64,000 bases of DNA from Pseudovirgaria hyperparasitica (Eukaryota), in NCBI GenBank assembly GCA_010093815.1, contig ML996565.1. One strand, 5' to 3'. Numbering within the stretch: position 1 is the stretch's first letter; the number at the start of each line of letters is the position of its first letter. The notes beneath the pieces are model-generated. The model was not told the DNA's origin. It ran no database searches and saw only the letters and a program-made list of their open reading frames with translations. The position numbers and the translations under genes were made by a program. This document shows positions 62,121-64,000 of this stretch, piece after piece.

Positions 62121-63545
62121 ATGTTCACGCTTATATATATCATTTTTGCTACAGCAGCTCTTGCAGCAAGACTGTTTCTCAATGAACCGGATACAGGGTC
62201 AGCTCGTAAAATCTTTCTGAGCTAAATGTACAACCGACTAATAATTTTGAGTTAGATTCGACCCATTCATACCAGGGGGTGGAGGTCTGACGCCGTTAAA
62301 CGAGATATTCTCTTTAGCAGACTTCGACGCTTCAGCTCGTAGCTATATGTCTCTTCGAAATTACTCGTACTATCGCAATGGAGCTGCGGGAGAATGGTCT
62401 TATAGAAACAACCTCGAGGCTTTTGGGCGCATCCGATTGAGACCTAGATCTCTCGTGGATATAACGCACGTCGAGGAATCTTTACCGTACGTCTGAATCT
62501 CGAAGTTTACATCTAGGATATTGACAATAAAGGACCTCCATACTTGGCTACAATTTCTCGGCTCCATTTTTCATAGCCCCTGCAGGTCGCGCAGGATACG
62601 GCAATCCCGACGCTGAGAAGGGGCTCCTCCGGGCAGGTGAAGCAGCTAATGTGCTATACATTGTAAGTCCTTAGTCATCTAGGCGCTATTGTGGCAACAT
62701 CTCACAATCAAAAGCCATCTTTCGGGGCTACTCTGCCTTTAGAAGACATCGTCGCCTTCAAAAGTCCGGGTAATGAATATACAACATTCCAGCAGGTTGG
62801 TAACTTTGTTCACTCAACAGTAGTATACCACTAACCCAAAGCACAAGCTTTATATTGACAATAACGACACGAATGTACAGAGCAGTCTACGAAGGATTGA
62901 GAATGCCGGCCAAAAAGCCATCATTCTTACTATCGACTCCCCCGGAGATGGTGCACGTTCTCGTGCTGAGCGATATGGTGTTGGCTCGGCAGATACTGGT
63001 CTCACTCTGCTAACATGGGAGCGGTTTTCCAAGATTCTCAACATGACGTCCCTTCCCATTGTCCTGAAAGGTATTACGACAGTAGAAGATGCGCGTATGG
63101 CCGTCAGCTCAGGCGCTTCTGCCATATATCTGTCCAACCATGGAGGTCGTCAGCTTGACTTCTCTCCATCGGGTTTTGAAGTAGCCCTAGAGATTCACAA
63201 GCAAGCGCCAGAGATCTTCGATCAGATTGACGTATGGGCGGACGGTGGTGTACGCTACGGGACAGACGTCCTAAAACTCCTGGCTCTCGGTGTCAAGGCA
63301 GTTGGGTTGGCTCGGCCTTTCATGTACGCCAACTGTTATGGAGAAGACGGAGTAGCCCGCGCAATCGACCTACTAAGGACTGAACTAATCAACGACTCTG
63401 CAAATCTTGGCCTTGGGGACATTAAATCTATTAATAGTTCATACGTAAGTGGAATTCTCGAGTTGCGCTTCATACATACTTTGACTAAACTTTCGTGCAG
63501 TTAAGTCTCGAATACATGAACTACAACGGTTGGTACACGAGATAG
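62121..63545 (+). CDS. FMN-dependent alpha-hydroxy acid oxidase/dehydrogenase family protein with signal peptide, ~386 aa, 6 exons (introns 62198-62255, 62487-62532, 62663-62714, 62796-62847, 63445-63500)
   Basis: YYRNGAAGEWSYRNN, APFFIAPAG, QQLY, LTIDS, LKGI, LSNHGGRQLD, DGGVRYGTDVLK, GLARPF; spliced frame continuous. Confidence 0.93.
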
Positions 63546-64000
63546 ACATGTCGACGACTCCACATTATTCAATATACAGTGAAACTGGTTAGCATAGGAG
63601 GTATAGGAGAGATCTGTGACGCTGAACTCGCATAGCTTTATTTACGGCTGTAGAGATCTGTTAGCTTTAGTTGTAATCTAGCTACGCGCTGATTCATAGC
63701 ATGAGAAGCGTAACTTCAAATCCGGACGTCATCGAGTGATGTATTGTTCGCTAATCTAGTACACTAAGGACTTCGACGCCCTAGACTGGCTAGTCATCGC
63801 TACTCTCGCAGACCATGTGCCACAAATTCATCATATACTATCATTGTCCTGACAGATTTCAAGCTCTATATGTGCCTTCTCCTCTTTTAACCAACGAGAC
63901 AGTCATGCTATGATGATTCACAAAGCTCCCTGAACTGCTAAAGGTATTGGGCACCACCCTATAAACGGCTGTAGACTAAGGAGGCACCTCCTATACACAC

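Noticed and set aside
1..64000. Prokaryote-style systems (CRISPR, defence islands), tRNA/rRNA genes, a secondary-metabolite core gene, stop-codon readthrough PTS1 signals
   Set aside because: No repeat-spacer array, cloverleaf, rRNA sequence or PKS/NRPS/terpene synthase seen; the enzyme stop codons I checked lacked a TGA-CTA context followed by an SKL-like end

Overview
Eukaryotic, gene-dense genomic DNA from a filamentous ascomycete (Pezizomycotina; short ~45-65 nt spliceosomal introns with CTRAY branch sites). I reconstructed 22 protein-coding genes by hand. Most are housekeeping: coronin, ILV3, RMD1-like, PIK1, SDS22, PSR1-type phosphatase, ERG1, midasin MDN1/REA1, mitochondrial L12, CTK3, PRO3, a neurochondrin-like protein, CWC24 and a PUS4/TruB-like enzyme. 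They are interspersed with accessory genes: a short unspecific peroxygenase, an orphan, a RIM2-like carrier, a DHA2-type MFS transporter, an F-box protein, a Zn2Cys6 regulator head-to-head with ERG1, a secreted HEXXH+D metalloprotease, and an FMN alpha-hydroxy-acid oxidase-family protein carrying a signal peptide. No rRNA, tRNA, CRISPR array or intact transposon was seen; one AT/TpA-rich, probably RIP-mutated relic lies at ~60.9-61.5 kb. I found no convincing wholly new multi-gene system. The best leads are: the apparently secreted FMN oxidase; unusual splice-site usage (3 GC-AG introns and 9 AAG acceptors among 37 hand-resolved introns); a Leu3-type site and a cryptic in-frame intron at ILV3; and the ERG1/Zn2Cys6 divergent pair. 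All gene identities come from motif recognition, not database searches.
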